Shown: in pieces, positions 28,911 to 42,270 of the stretch
Layout: every line of letters begins with the position of its first letter
How positions within the stretch are numbered: the stretch's first letter is position 1
DNA from: Eledone cirrhosa
Lineage: Eukaryota
Assembly: GCA_964016885.1 (NCBI GenBank)
Contig: OZ024743.1
Span: 311,116,001-311,180,000, forward strand
Length of the DNA: 64,000 nucleotides
Direction of reading: 5' to 3'
Notes under the pieces: generated by a model
The model's input: the letters and a program-made list of their open reading frames with translations, nothing else
The model's database searches: none
Told to the model about the DNA's origin: nothing
Translations under genes and position numbers: made by a program

Positions 28911-30120
28911 GGTCCAGAGTGTCGCATCATATCCCTCCGACAACATCTATGAACCTCCAGGCTTAGAAGCCCATCAATTTGGCAAATCTATCTGCATGAG
29001 ACAGATAAGATCATGAGAGTTGGGATTAACTCCTTGAAAGATACTCCCTGTATGATAATCAAAACTCACACCTAGGGAAATTGCTCAGTAATACCACAAT
29101 GAATCCATGGATGAAAAACTGCATGCTTATCAGCAAAATATCATGCATGGATATGTTGCCAGAAGAATCCAGTGTGAGAGTAATATAGATAAGCAAAGTC
29201 TATCTTGGACCAACAACCGTTATATTGGCTCTCCCTTTGAAGGATATACTTTTGCATTCCAAGAACAGGAAATCAATACAAAATACTTGATTCCTAAAAG
29301 ATATAGGGATACAGGCAAAACACCTAGATGTGACAACAAATGCAGACTCTACAGAATTAACATCGAAGATGTTACCCATGTCATAAGCAGCTATCCAATG
29401 ATGTCATCGCGATACTATCTACCAAGGGGCATGATGTAGTGACCAACACCCTATATAATGAAATCCGTATAAAAGATAGCGCTGACAATAAACATATCAA
29501 AATTTACTGTAATTTGGAAGACATATACATACATAATATGAAAGAGTACTGGTGAAATGTTCCAGTCAAAACCCCAATAAATGCAAGCATAACAGGCTAG
29601 ATATGGGACAAGGAAATGAAGGAATTTACAGTGGTGGAGGTTAGCCGCCCAACAGATGCCAATATGATGTTAAAAAGGAGAATATCTATGCAGAACTAAT
29701 GCGGAATCTGCAGCTACTCCACCCTGACTATACCTTTAGAATTTTGGGGCACTGGGATATGTTAGTAACTGCTTCAAAACAAATCCTGAAAAAAAGGGCT
29801 TCACAGAACCAGAAAGAACACTAGTTAGGAAATTACACGTACAATCCATTAATGGAATTCAAACAATTCTGTATCTAATAACTGCATGTACACATGTACA
29901 GATATAAAGCATTTGCACATGCACACATATAACTCAAAACATACACCACCACACATACAATAACATCCATACGTGCACATACACACACATGCATGCAGAC
30001 ATGCATACATATCTACCTAGTTGATGTTGTCTAAATTCCAAGAAAGAGTCTTGTGTCTATATTAGAAACCGAATTTCTCTCTATTGGTAAAAATCTATGA
30101 AATCATAAAACCAGAACATA
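28911..30120 (+). mobile_element. R4/Dong-like non-LTR retrotransposon 3' fragment (RLE-type), decayed
   Basis: FAFQEQEINTKY, CRL..EDVTHVISS.PMMSSRYYL; flanked by (TACA)n. Confidence 0.75.
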
Positions 30121-30547
30121 CATACGTATATTTGTCAACGTATATATATAACATCTCAATGAAAAGAGATCGCTAAAAATATCTCATTCAGAGAAGCAAA
30201 TACATATAGAACCTCTTATAAAATCGCTGAGGGGTATATTACTGTAGATGCATCTTTCCCTACGGATAAAACAAAAGATGCTTCTACAGTAATTACAGTA
30301 ATCTACCAGGAATAAAAAAGAAATTATGCTTCTACAGAAAGTACAGTAATCTACCTGGGTATAAAAACATTATCCTTCGACAGTAATCTATTCCTTAATG
30401 ATTTTGTGTTTAAGATGTTACATATAGATACAGAGAAAGGGGAGAGAGAGAGATAAAAAAAGAAATACGATGGTGACAGTGATTATGAGTAACCATATGC
30501 TAGTAAACACTATAATTGTAATGGTATAATTCATTGCTGTAACAAAC

Positions 30548-30661
30548 AGATGTCATGTCTAATTGATATCTCCTTTGGGCAATATTCAGATCCACTCGAG
30601 AAAAAGTTGGTATCATTGAATCGTTATGAGAATATCCACATGGGAGATTTTTAAGGTTGCG
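30548..30661 (-). CDS. Possible further upstream exon of the metallopeptidase gene
   Basis: Open frame RNLKNLPCGYSHNDSMIPTFSRVDLNIAQRRYQLDMTS after a pyrimidine tract in unique sequence; splice sites weak. Confidence 0.3.
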
Positions 30662-30756
30662 CTCCGAATATAATGGAAGGAAACAATATAATGCAAAGAA
30701 ATGGAACAAATATATTTCAGTAATTTTCAATATATCTTCTCTCTGGATACAACGAA

Positions 30757-31090
30757 GGTGCATGGTTTAGTAGTTAAGATGTTCACCTTCAAATCACGAT
30801 CGCAAAGTCGTTAGTTTTATCCCAACCGGTGCCTTGTGTCATTGAGAAAGACACTTTATTCTACATTACTCCAGTACACTCAGCTGATACATATTAGTTG
30901 TAACTGTAAATCAAATAGTCAGTCAGCCAACCTTATCGCTCACTGTGTCAAGATGGCTCTCCCTGAGAACTATGTCAAGAATGCACGTATATGTGAAATG
31001 GTCAGAAACTTGCACCTTCATTAAAGGAGCAATCTGTTGTTGTTTGAACAACTGGACCTCTCGCAGTCGCAACCAACGGAGATCCGACAT
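30757..31090 (+). mobile_element. tRNA-derived SINE (same family as 7057 and 12595)
   Basis: ggtgcatggtttagtagttaagatg...tgtcattgagaaagacactttatt...ctccagtacactcagctg. Confidence 0.7.
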
Positions 31091-32675
31091 GAAAACATCT
31101 GTATATCCTTATAACATCATTGACTCGGCATTGGAATCTCATCGTAAAAGTAGTCCTTGTTTTTTTCAACTGACAGTAGACCGTCTGAGGAAGGAGCCCC
31201 GCGGGGTGTGGTGGCTGTTACAACGCGTGTCACTTAACAATTGTCGACGGAAATGCTTTTGCCATTTTGTCTGCTGGGTGCAACCGAAACACTGTAGAGT
31301 CTATGACATTCTCCCCTTCCTCCATTCTTTTGTCCTTTCCATTTCTTTTCCTATCATTTATAGCATTCATAGTCTTTTGCAATGCTACTTTCTTTTTCTA
31401 TACGTTTGACTAACTATTAAATTCTTTATTATTTAAAAGGTAAAAGAAATTATCAAACGCCGCATGTTTCGGCCTCCCACCTTCCCGAAAACATGATTTG
31501 GTGCGCTAATTAAATAATTCTGTTCATAGTTGTTGTTGTTTGAGAGCATTTGTCTTTGATCAATCTTAATTTCATGTAAATTATGTCCAAATTAACAATA
31601 TATACAAATAGGATAGCACCTTCGATTTATAAAAATGTCTCTGTCATTAGTCTGGTTTTCATTTCAAAATCATTTGGGATTTAAAATAATAATTTAAAAA
31701 CTGCTAATCCTAGTAGACATCAGCCTACTAAGATTGGCAGTTGGTATCTTTTAGATAATTCACTGCTCTATCTCTGACCAGTATCACGATAATCGTATAA
31801 CTTACCACAGTAATCGCTCGTTCATAGACGTCAGTTGTTGCAGCTATTCGAATGTTGACCTCATCAGGTTTGAAAAGTAAACAGTTCCCGGAGCGTGTAA
31901 GATATCGGTATCGAAAGTTTGTTGGTTTCACAGAGTTTCTTTTATTGCTACTAATGATAGTGGAAAGTAGAAATATATGATAATAAAATCACGATTGATA
32001 AGAATATTACATATGAATTACAGTAGAAATGTGTACACACGTATATATTGTGTGGGTGTTTAAATATGTATATATAATTTTAAGATAGTGCAGAGATGTA
32101 ATAGCTTTCTCTGGTTTGCACTGGATGCTATTTTGCGGCGTCCCAGTGTGTCCCAGTATCTGTGCAACATACCACTCAGCGAACTGATGACGCAGAAGTA
32201 CCTTACCTCTCTCAGTTCGAAGACCGTCCTGCGTGGTGTAGAGCTACATCCTGCATGAGGTATCTTTGATACGGCTATCATGAGATAGTTTAGCAGAACA
32301 AGTCGGATCTAAAAGAGTAAGCCTCGATTAAAATGTTGCTTGTATTATAGTAAGCACTAGTTCGTGTGACGACCATCAGCTTAATTAGATGTCCTGGGTG
32401 TCGCGAACACCAGTGGCATCACAGATGATCAACTATTAGCTCGACAATGGGTTGGCACAAATGCTCCAGTTAGCAGAGAAATATATGACTATGCAGGTGT
32501 GGTGAACCGCATGTATTATAGCCATTAGAGAAAGCAAAAATGCTTCACCTTTGTTTGAGGGATGACTCAAGAAGAACAGTAGGCATTCTCAAAAATGGAG
32601 CACTTAGCTCCCAGGGAAGGAATTTTAACCAAGCGACGATTTGGGGAGGAATCGAAACTGGGAAAGATTATCTTT

Positions 32676-32870
32676 CATTGTGTATATATCACATGAAATA
32701 CCAATATACCCAACAATAGTGTATATTGTGTATATATCAAATGAAATACCAATATATCCAACTACAGTATATATTGTGTATATATCAAATGAAATACCGA
32801 TATATCCAACTATAGTGTATATATCAAATGAAATATTAATATACCCAACTATAGTGTATATTGTGTATAT
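32676..32870. repeat. ~42 bp minisatellite (about 4.5 copies; one more partial unit at ~33255)
   Basis: gtatatatcaaatgaaataccaatatacccaactatagtgtatatt repeated. Confidence 0.9.
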
Positions 32871-33224
32871 ATATATATATATATATAAAACATGAGAAGA
32901 AAGAAGAATACTGCGTGGTTGCACATGGGTTACATATGATAAAAATAGTCCTTCGTCAGTGATTTGCCAACCATCATTGATATTTCATCGCATTAAAAAT
33001 CATATACCTCAGGTTGGTGCGAGCAATAACTAAAAAAAGCTATTGGGACAAGTAAATCGCGTAAAGCGAGTGAGACAAGTAAACAACATAGAAGGATGAA
33101 AGCAACGCAAAGATGGGAATAAACAAGCAACATGGTTATCCGGTCAGCATAAGCTGGGTGGATTTCATGAGCGATCAAGATACAGACCGTCCGACGTGAG
33201 TGAGATGTGAGCAAGAAGAGAACC

Positions 33225-33263
<39 letters not shown>

Positions 33264-36200
33264 AATGAAATACCAATATACCCAACTATAAAGGTGGTCA
33301 TCAATTAACAATTCACAAAAACAACTGCAGCTTCACACTTAATGTTTATATTAGTGCGGTGTCCGAGTGAAAATTACCATATCACAATTCAAATACCTTG
33401 GAGAAATATGACCTGGATCTCCGCGAAAAACTGTATTACAAATAGAAAATTGTATAAATATAAGTTTCACACAATAAAGACAAGAGAAAACATATGTTCA
33501 CCTGATAAAAGATTATCTATAATTTAAAGCCTCTTTATATTGTGTGTATTCTACTATTCAGATGTCGTTTCACACCGGTAAGCTAGATTTAAAATTGGAA
33601 TAGCTGTTAACATATCTTATGTGTTATGCACAGAAATTTTAATTAATTACAATTACATTCTAATGACGGGAACAAGCCTTAACTAAATAACTATCTAGTG
33701 TCAAAAATGGCAAGGGGGACAACCCCGATATTTGAATAACTAAAATTTATTAAATATGGGGAGCAGTGAGGAATGAGTCGAGTGTTTAATAATATGGTGA
33801 CAACTGAGGATATGATTCGGTGTTATCAGACTTCATGTCAAGAGAGATATAGTTTTGAGGGTGAATAAATTCTGAGTGATGAAATAACTTAGAGTAATGA
33901 CTGGGATGAACTACTGAGGGACTTATATTTTACTTTAGCTCTACATTCGTTGTATCATTTTGAAATTGACTGAGAATTCTACATATATGACTATATATAA
34001 ATGAAGATCATGACTTCAAGATTAATTCAGAAATCATGATTAAAATGTTAGACATAATTATGCATGCATGGCCCCGTAACTCCCGCATGGGGAAGTTGTT
34101 GGGGCGTGGTATTGACATACGGCGTTTTAGGACATATTTTAAATCTGACGGAGTCCATCTCCTGTCCAGGTTTGAAAACAGCATATTTCTTCCAGAGATG
34201 GATAAAGAGTGAATGTATGGAAGGGAGAAAGAGATATAGAGGGTTAATTGACCCCAGTACGAGCTTGGTATTTTTTTATCGACCTCAAATGGATGAAAGT
34301 CAAAGTTGATCTCGGCGGGATTTCTTCTTAGAGAACAGAGATCCGAAATGAATACCTCAAAGTATTCTATCCGACGTTCTATCGGCTCTATTAATTCGCT
34401 GCCATAGATGAAATGATAGCCTTGTTAAAACTAAAGAATATAATCAAATGTTTTAGTATATTTACTTTTAAAAAGCTAATAATTCTTTCTGACTTGGCTT
34501 AAGCGATTAGCCAAAAAATAAGATTTTGGCTTGGATTAAGGACGTACACTTTTGGTTTTATTGTTGTTATAATATTGCTTTCATTGTTGCTGATTTAATG
34601 TGTAATTGAATTACGATTTCCTTCAAACAATACATTCAACAACGCTGGCAAGCCTTGAAAGAATCAACAGCAGAAATAGAGGCGACAGAACGATTTACAT
34701 AGATGCAAAATGCAAAATTACCTTTTTTTAATGAACTGCTACCGAAATAGTTTAAATGTTGCTTGAATTCCTAAAAATATATAACCATATCTGAAGTAAA
34801 GAATTCGTATGTAACATTTGCGAATACTCGACACTAATGACTGAAATTAGTAACAAAAATAACAAGTGTGTGGTCCCGTAACTCTTGAAGGTGTGGTTGG
34901 GAGCCATATCTACATACGCCGTTTCTAAGGCAAATTTTTAAAAACCTGATGGAAGGATAGTGAGTGAGAAAATGAAAGTAACAATGATGTTTAGATGAAG
35001 AATCGACCTCAATACTAGACTGGTACATTGTTATGGACCTGGAATGCATGAAAGGCAAATTTGACCTCGGCGGGCAGGAATGAATACCGCAAAGCATTCT
35101 ATCCGAAACTCTAACGTCTCTGCTAATTCGCTGCCTATAACAAAATAATATATTTTAGAATAACAAGTGTTTTATTTCACGAAGAATGTGTAAACTTCAT
35201 GCATCAGCCATGCAAGAGGAATAATATTGTTTCTAACATGGAATGAAACATCACGATCTTCTGTAAGCCAGAAGCTTACATCGTGTTCATCAAGACGTGG
35301 TTTAGTGGTTAAGGTGTTGAGTTTACGATCGAAAAGTCATTAGTTCTATTCCAGGCGGCGTTTTGTATCCTTGAATAAAGCACATTATTTTACGTTTCTG
35401 CTGATCAGCTGGAAAAAAATCTGTTCTATCTGTATTTTAATGGTTCAGTTGTGTGACAATGTTTTACGCTGAATTTTCCTGAGAATTTCGTTAATGTTAC
35501 ACACATTTCTGATACGCTCAGTCAGATATTTGAGCTTTAGTTTCACTAACAAACTGTTCCGTTTATCTAACAACTAGAACACTCGTCGTCGTAAGTGACG
35601 GAGATGTAACATACTTTTATCTAAAGACTTTCCATAATAATTTAAAATAAGAATCTGTGTTAAGTTTTGTTCGAATCGTTAGTTTGATAGTGGGAAAGTT
35701 CGTTATTTCACTAATTTCCTCCAAAGATCTTTCATTAAAAGTCTAGTCACGAAATGGTTATGGGTACACACGCCTATGGAATACTAAGCCAATTACACGT
35801 TAATTTCACGAACAGCCTATTCCTTTCATTAGCATCACCAGGAACACTCTACCTGGTAACCGACGGAGGTTCAACGATTTCTTGTTCCACCGTGATTGTC
35901 AAATAAATGAACAATATAATATTTTTATTTTTATTTTTATTTTGACGAGCACTTACATTTAGCAATTCAAATTTATTATTATGAAAAAAAACAACGCATA
36001 TATTTAATGTTGAATATATTGCAGGCAAATAAGCAAGTAAAAATGTTTTCAGGAACATAAATTATTGAAATGTTAACATCTAACATTTAAAAAAATATTT
36101 CTTTTACTTATATTTTCATCAAATTTATATTCTCAACTAATGTAATAAATACTTTTTGTTCTCACAAAAGCTTCATTTTTTTGTGTTTTCGTTTGGTTTC

Positions 36201-37645
36201 CTTTACATTCGATGAGATAAGAAATGCTTTATTTAACCAAAGAAATAGACAAAATATTTTTGGGGGCAATGTGTTTTATATTTTATACAATGACGACGTC
36301 AGGAAGTCCTTTAAAATAGAAATTTAAAAATCTGTTTCTTGAGAAAAATTAGTAAATACATCGGGTTCAATTTCAAGCTGGCATATTTTCTTATACACAC
36401 ATACACACTCACACACGCGCGGGTGTGTGTGAGTGTGCGTGCCTATTTTATTAGTGTGTGTGATAAACACACTAAATATGCACTGAATTAAGGACTCGTA
36501 TACATTGTATGGAGTCAATATAAGTATCGTTATTAATGTTTACTTCCATGTTTTGTCGATGATACTAAAGTTTCAAAGCAATTTTGAAAACCCAGCTCGA
36601 CGAAACTTGAACTCAGATCGCAGTGAGCTAGAACAAATAACATATAACATATAATTTAATACGACGTCCTAACTATTTTACCCAATTCGCTGCTTAATGA
36701 TGAATTATCTACCCTTATTATACTATGCCAGACGCATCTGTTCTTATAACGATATCTTACATGGACATAAAACCTCAGATTCATACCCTAGTAACATAAC
36801 ATGAATTAAGGATTATGCTGTTTCCAAAGGTTGTTAATGTTGTTCTTTATGCCTATGGGTCCTTCAGTTCTGATGGATTCATAAGCGTAACGTAGTGATA
36901 TGTGACGTGTCTTGGGCAGTTATACCTATCGAAGCCCATCTTTCTTCAGGTCTGAACATTGCCGATTTCTTCCGGATATATAGAGATTGAGAGCGAACGA
37001 AGGGAAAATAAATTGAGACACGATCGATCGCAGTACTAGACTGTTACTTTACTTGTCGACCACGAAATTATGAGAGACAAAGTTGACTTTGCGAGGACTT
37101 GAACTCAGACTGTGAACGACTACTTGGAGGACCCCGATTAGATTCAAGTTTCGTGCTAATGTTTAGCCAAAGGTCATGCTAACCAAACAAGCCGATGATT
37201 AAAGGTATTTCAGCCATGAACAGGCCGTCTTTTTAGGTGTATGTAGAGTCGCAAAATCAAATTTATTCAACACGGTAAGGTGTTGGTTACAGGCAGCTTT
37301 AGCTGCTATTTTTAACAGGCCAAATGACCACGTAAGGCTTCCTCGTTTGCTCGACTATTAATAAATAAAAAGAGTCCGAAATGAAAAGGTTTCAGTTAGA
37401 AATTAAAGGTTATGACATAGAGTTGCGCCTACTTCATGACTAAGCTTACCACTCTGACTATTATTTATATACTTACTGAATTCCACTAAATCTCCTTCGT
37501 ATCAATGGTGGGGGAGCTAGTCCGAATGCTGCAAAGAGATGTAAAACATATTTATATCATCCTTTTTACAGAAGAATTTAATTCAAATCATTTTAACAAA
37601 TAATTGTGTAATACTGTCAGCATTTAAAGATCAATGTTTTATATT

Positions 37646-37830
37646 GGAATGAAGTGAAAACTAATGTTTCGCGTAAGACACTTCGTCGTGGTACAATCCC
37701 TCTAAATATACAGAGACACCTTGAGAAGGAAGCTACTCACCAATGAAGTGAAAACTAATGTTTGCTGCAAGACAATTCATCGTGGTACACTCACCCTAAC
37801 TATGTACACCGCAGAAGGGAAGCTACTCAT
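37646..37830. repeat. ~96 bp tandem duplication
   Basis: aatgaagtgaaaactaatgttt...gaagctactca occurs twice. Confidence 0.8.
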
Positions 37831-38748
37831 CACACTTTCCGTCTACTAAATGTCACTCACAAAAGTTTAGTCAACCTGAGTCATGGTACCACGTTGTGGG
37901 AAGAAAATCGAAAAGATGTGGTTATGAAGTGAACTCCGTAACTACACAGCCATGGACTTGAATCTCTTATACACCTATCCTGTGCAAATATGTGGCTTTC
38001 TGCCCACATGAGACATAAAAATCAATATTATTATTCAATAATCTTAAATTCTGAAAGTGTAAGGAACGTTACTCCTTATTTCCTTATTTCAAGCAATTTA
38101 ATATGTTGAATTTAACGCTAGAAGTTGACATATAACTTAAGTTAATGACGTGACATTGGCTGTTCACATAACACCATTCTTAAATCAATGAGAGCATTTT
38201 AGTTAATTACGAATGTTGTAATGCCATAAGGAAACATCGATCAATCAGTTATATACAACAATGTTACCAAAGGTTTGTGTTTGTTTCTCCTATATAACGA
38301 CCCGCTTTATATTGAAATCATTATAAAACCACCTGTATCTAATTTTACGCTGTAACATTGACATCTTAATGATATACCAATGATTCATTACATGCAATAT
38401 TTTGATATTATCTTTACACAACTACAAGTATATATAACCTTACACTACGGATGTAGCCTGTCACAAATATGCAGTTGGTCCCTATCTTCTTCTTCTTCTT
38501 ATTATTATTATTATTATGGACGCACATGTGTGAAGACAGTACAAATCTGCGGAGGAAGAGTTTCGTAACTTTAAGCTGTTTTAAAGTGTCATTTTTTGTA
38601 TTTTCTTGTCGTTAACGAAACTTAAGGTACACATCTTGATTTAAAGAGAAGGATACCTCTCAATATTCGGGCTTTAAGCCCGTATATTCAGATTTAATTT
38701 CTAAAAACTTCGAAAAAAAAAAAAAATCCCCCCCCCCCCAAAAAAAAA

Positions 38749-39804
38749 ATGGAAATTTTCGAACTTGAAACGGTAAACAACGTTCAGGTTAAAAGTTTAA
38801 AGGCAGCCACTGTAGATTTCACCACGACTACGAGGGCTACAGTCATGCCTGTCGTCCACTCTACTGAATGTGAAGGCAAAATTCAAAGGCTACGATCACA
38901 ACCTCCTGTGATAGCAGCAGTATCATCTGAAAACGACATCATCACCACCACCACCATCGCCACCACCACCACAACAACAACAACTCAGAGCAATAACGAC
39001 AGTAACACCGACAGCTTCAATGTAAACACGGATGGCGGAGGCAACAGCATCAACAAACAAAACAACAACAACAACACCAATAACAACAGCAAGAATGACA
39101 ACACCAACAATAAGAGCATCAGAAGCACCACATTTGCTGCAGCAGCAGCAAAAACAAAGCGCTTATTGAATATTGATATTGATATTAGGGATAAAGACGA
39201 ACAGTTGGCCCAAGCGTGGAGGCTAATTAAACGGGAGTAGTCCTGGGAAAACCTGACCATGCCGGACGAGGCAATAGCGGTCATGCAAAGGAGGACGGTG
39301 TACTTTCGATGTATTTCGGTGCAGACACGAAAAGTAGAACTTGCGAGCCAAGCAGAGGTCGAGGCTGCTTTGGAGTACATCGGAAGTAACATAGAGTATA
39401 AAGCAAGAGGCAAACAGTTCGGTACCATCTCGGTACTGTTCAAAACCGAGGCCCTCGCTATTAAGCACTCGGTGACCCCCTGCAGAACGGAACGCATTAT
39501 CATGCATCCGTCCTACATGGGTAAAAGGACAGTAAAGGTCCGCATTCCCAGCATCCCACCAGGAATGAACATATGGTGGCTGCTGGGATGCGTAATCGAG
39601 GAGGGGACAGACACTACCCTCCTGGATATCAAAAGGACAGAGAGAGAGGACTGGTCCGGAATGGATTTGGAGATTCTTCTCCAAATGAAACCGGAGGACA
39701 TGAACAACATCCCAGATTTTGCCCGCCTGCAGGACGGGACAACAATCCAACTAATCTTTGACGGAAGAAGGCCACGCTGCTTCGTCTGCGGGGAAGCCTT
39801 CTGA
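38749..39804 (+). pseudogene. LINE ORF1 (Tx1-type, zinc knuckle) with in-frame TAG at 39238-39240
   Basis: ORFs 38749-39240 and 39259-39804 are in frame; MHPSYMGKRTVKVRI...GRRPRCFVCGE. Confidence 0.75.
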
Positions 39805-39964
39805 CCTCAGCGCAAAAATGCAGGGGGTCGCAAACCTCCTTTGTTGCCAACGCTAGTGTCAGCACGGAAAGCTGCACCACCACCACCACCAAAAACAACA
39901 AAGACACGGACACCAACATCAAAAACAGCCGGATCACCACCAACACCAAAACTAATCCAAGGGG

Positions 39965-40718
39965 ATTGAGCTGCAGTCCTGGGTCAAGAAGAGACCGAAA
40001 CTGGGTGACTGGCACCTGGAATGTTGCCAGGCACTCACTGCTATCTACCAAGCGGGAAATGCGATCAGTGGAACTTCCACTCTCGAGTTCTATAGAGGAT
40101 TAGTGGTTGGCAAGTGCGATGACGCACTCGGAGAAGCTTTGGGCCTCGACGAAGTCGAACTGACCAGTCTGTACCGGAGGACTTTTGAGCCGGGGACGAT
40201 GGACAATTTCCAGAAATCCCTCGCTTGGCAGTGCTACCGGGGGGGGGGCTCTGCCGGTTCGGGATAAACTCTACAGGCACGGAAGTGCTGTCAGACGGAC
40301 CTGCCCAAGATGCGCACAGAACGACGAAACCGTTCTGCACGCACTTGTCCAATGTCCCTGCATTACTACCTTGTGGAGTTATGTCGAACAGTTACTGTCG
40401 CGTGTGGAACGAATCCGGCTATCGGCTGAGTCCATAGTGGAGATCGACCCACCGCCTTCCTTAGGTCAGGAAGAGCAGGAAATTTTCCTCTGTCTGGCGG
40501 CAGTTGCGAAAGAGGTTATATGGTGGACAAGGTTAAAAGGACTGAAGACAGACACTTTTCTCTTCGGCCGAACCCTCATCAACTTCTTCAAGTTTCACCT
40601 GGAAAAGAAAGTGAAGGTGGAGAGAGAAGTGCTTCCCCCCAGTACATTTGCTAAAAGGTGGGTGAATGTGGCTAGAATGACTCGTGTGAATGGGCCTACT
40701 CTGATCATGCGCCTATAG
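39965..40718 (+). pseudogene. LINE ORF2 C-terminal zf-RVT region, frameshift at poly-G ~40220
   Basis: DNFQKSLAWQCYR/ALPVRDKLYRHG..TCPRCAQNDETVLHALVQCP. Confidence 0.8.
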
Positions 40719-41112
40719 GCTAGCTAACTTGAGGAGAGGGGTGCTCTCCTTGGGTGCCCTAGAAGTGCAGGGTGGTTCAGGATTGGTGGGGTACCCGAAT
40801 CACCCCAGGGTCGTCCACCCCCTATCGGGGAATTTATTTTGTTATGTTTATGCATAGTTATTTTATATTTTTATATCTTCATTGTTAAATTAGTCTTGCC
40901 ATTGTGCACTTTTACTCGACCTTATTGTAAACCCCCACTGTCCCTATCTTTGTATTGTCCCCTACATGTCGGCCCTTGTGGCTAATAAATGAAATCATTA
41001 TTATTATTATTATTATTATTACACGCAGAAATGCCCAATTGTACCGTCCTGTATTGTCCTGCACTGTCCTTAATGTCTACTTTATGTAAACCCTTGTGGT
41101 TAATAAAGAAAG

Positions 41113-41157
<45 letters not shown>

Positions 41158-41158
41158 G

Positions 41159-41371
41159 AGCGATGGATTGGCAGTATCGGTAGAGGGTCGGACGCCATGC
41201 TTTGACGCATAGAGTTACGGTCCTTGCCATTCTGAGTTTAAATCCCGCCGAGGTTAACTTTGCCTTTCCTCCTTACGGGGTTTATAAAATAAAGTACCAG
41301 TAATAAACTGGGTTGTTGCTGGCCTTGTGCCAAAAGTAGAAACAATTATTATTATTATTATTATTATTATT
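41159..41371 (+). mobile_element. Full-length Octopus-type SINE with (ATT)n tail
   Basis: Head, B-box, conserved core and ggccttgtgccaaaagtagaaacaattatt tail. Confidence 0.88.
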
Positions 41372-42041
41372 GTTCTTTGAGTCTCAGTCATTGATGTTAT
41401 CTAACTGGAAATTTTGTTGAAATGAATATCAAGCCACTACCTGCAGACTCCGATATTCAGGACGTATCGGAGGGTTCTTGCTGTTTCCAGCAAGCATGCC
41501 TTTTGAAGTGTTCCAAAAAGCGGGTCGGGACCAATTTTCTTTAACCATCCTTGGAAACTCTTTGAGATAGTACCTAGTGCGCCTATGACAATCGGGACCA
41601 CTTTGACCTCATAGCAGTTCCAAATCCTTCTTACCTCCCACTTTAAGTCCTGGTATGGGTTAATTTTCTCCCTCTCCTTCTCTTGCACTCTCGTGTCGAA
41701 TGAGCAGGCTACATCCACAATCAGGCACGATCTTTTTTCCTTGTCCAAAACCACCAGGTCAGGTCTATTGTGTTCCAGTTTCTTGTCCGTCTGTATATCT
41801 AAAATCCCACAGCACCTTCACCTGATCGTTTTCTATCACCGACTCTGGCTTATGCTCATACCACTTCTCAGAATGTGGTAAATTGTTTACTTTGCATAGG
41901 TGCCAGTGGATCACCCTGCCCATCACATCATGTCTCCAGCCTTTATAGTGAGTCTGGGCTAGGTGTTTACATTCGGATACAATGTGAGCCACAGTCTCCT
42001 CTCTCTCTCCACAGATCCTACACAGTGGGCTAGCCTCCTCC
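41372..42041 (-). mobile_element. R4/Dong-like LINE 3' fragment (CCHC + restriction-like endonuclease) between (TAA)n tracts
   Basis: PLCRICGEREETVAHIVSEC...WRHD, VLWDF, RPDLVVLDK..CLIVDVACSFD, VVPIVIGALG; one frameshift. Confidence 0.85.
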
Positions 42042-42059
42042 TTATTATTATTATTATTA

Positions 42060-42270
42060 TTACTGGGAGAGTCGTGGGGCGGAATCCCCAAACACTCCTT
42101 TCAGCGTGTCCGGTCAGAAGCAGCCGTCGCCAATTATATCGCCTGGATCTCCAAGTGAGAATAGCCAAGCTCATGGATGTTATTCAACCATCTTACTCGT
42201 GGCCTACTCCTGGGTTGGTTTTGCCCGTAAAATTTGTCCATCGATTCTTTCCTGAAACATTCTAACTATA
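42060..42270 (-). mobile_element. RTE/L2-like LINE 3' end with (TAA)n tail
   Basis: GRPRVRWLNNI-like remnant; similar to 12448-12552. Confidence 0.55.

Larger units (their letters stand above)
38519..40996 (+). mobile_element. Internally deleted Tx1/L1-like LINE inserted in (TTA)n
   Basis: ORF1 remnant joined near 39960 to the ORF2 C-terminus; AATAAA then (ATT)n tail; (ATT)n also upstream. Confidence 0.8.

Noticed and set aside
32100-32620. GC-richer stretch that might be coding or a transposon remnant
   Set aside because: No interpretable motif found in the frames examined
34723-34771. Possible 49 nt micro-exon (EFKQHLNYFGSSSLKK) on the minus strand
   Set aside because: Plausible ag/gt sites but no homology support, and the phase fits the 30.6 kb candidate exon only with a non-canonical acceptor
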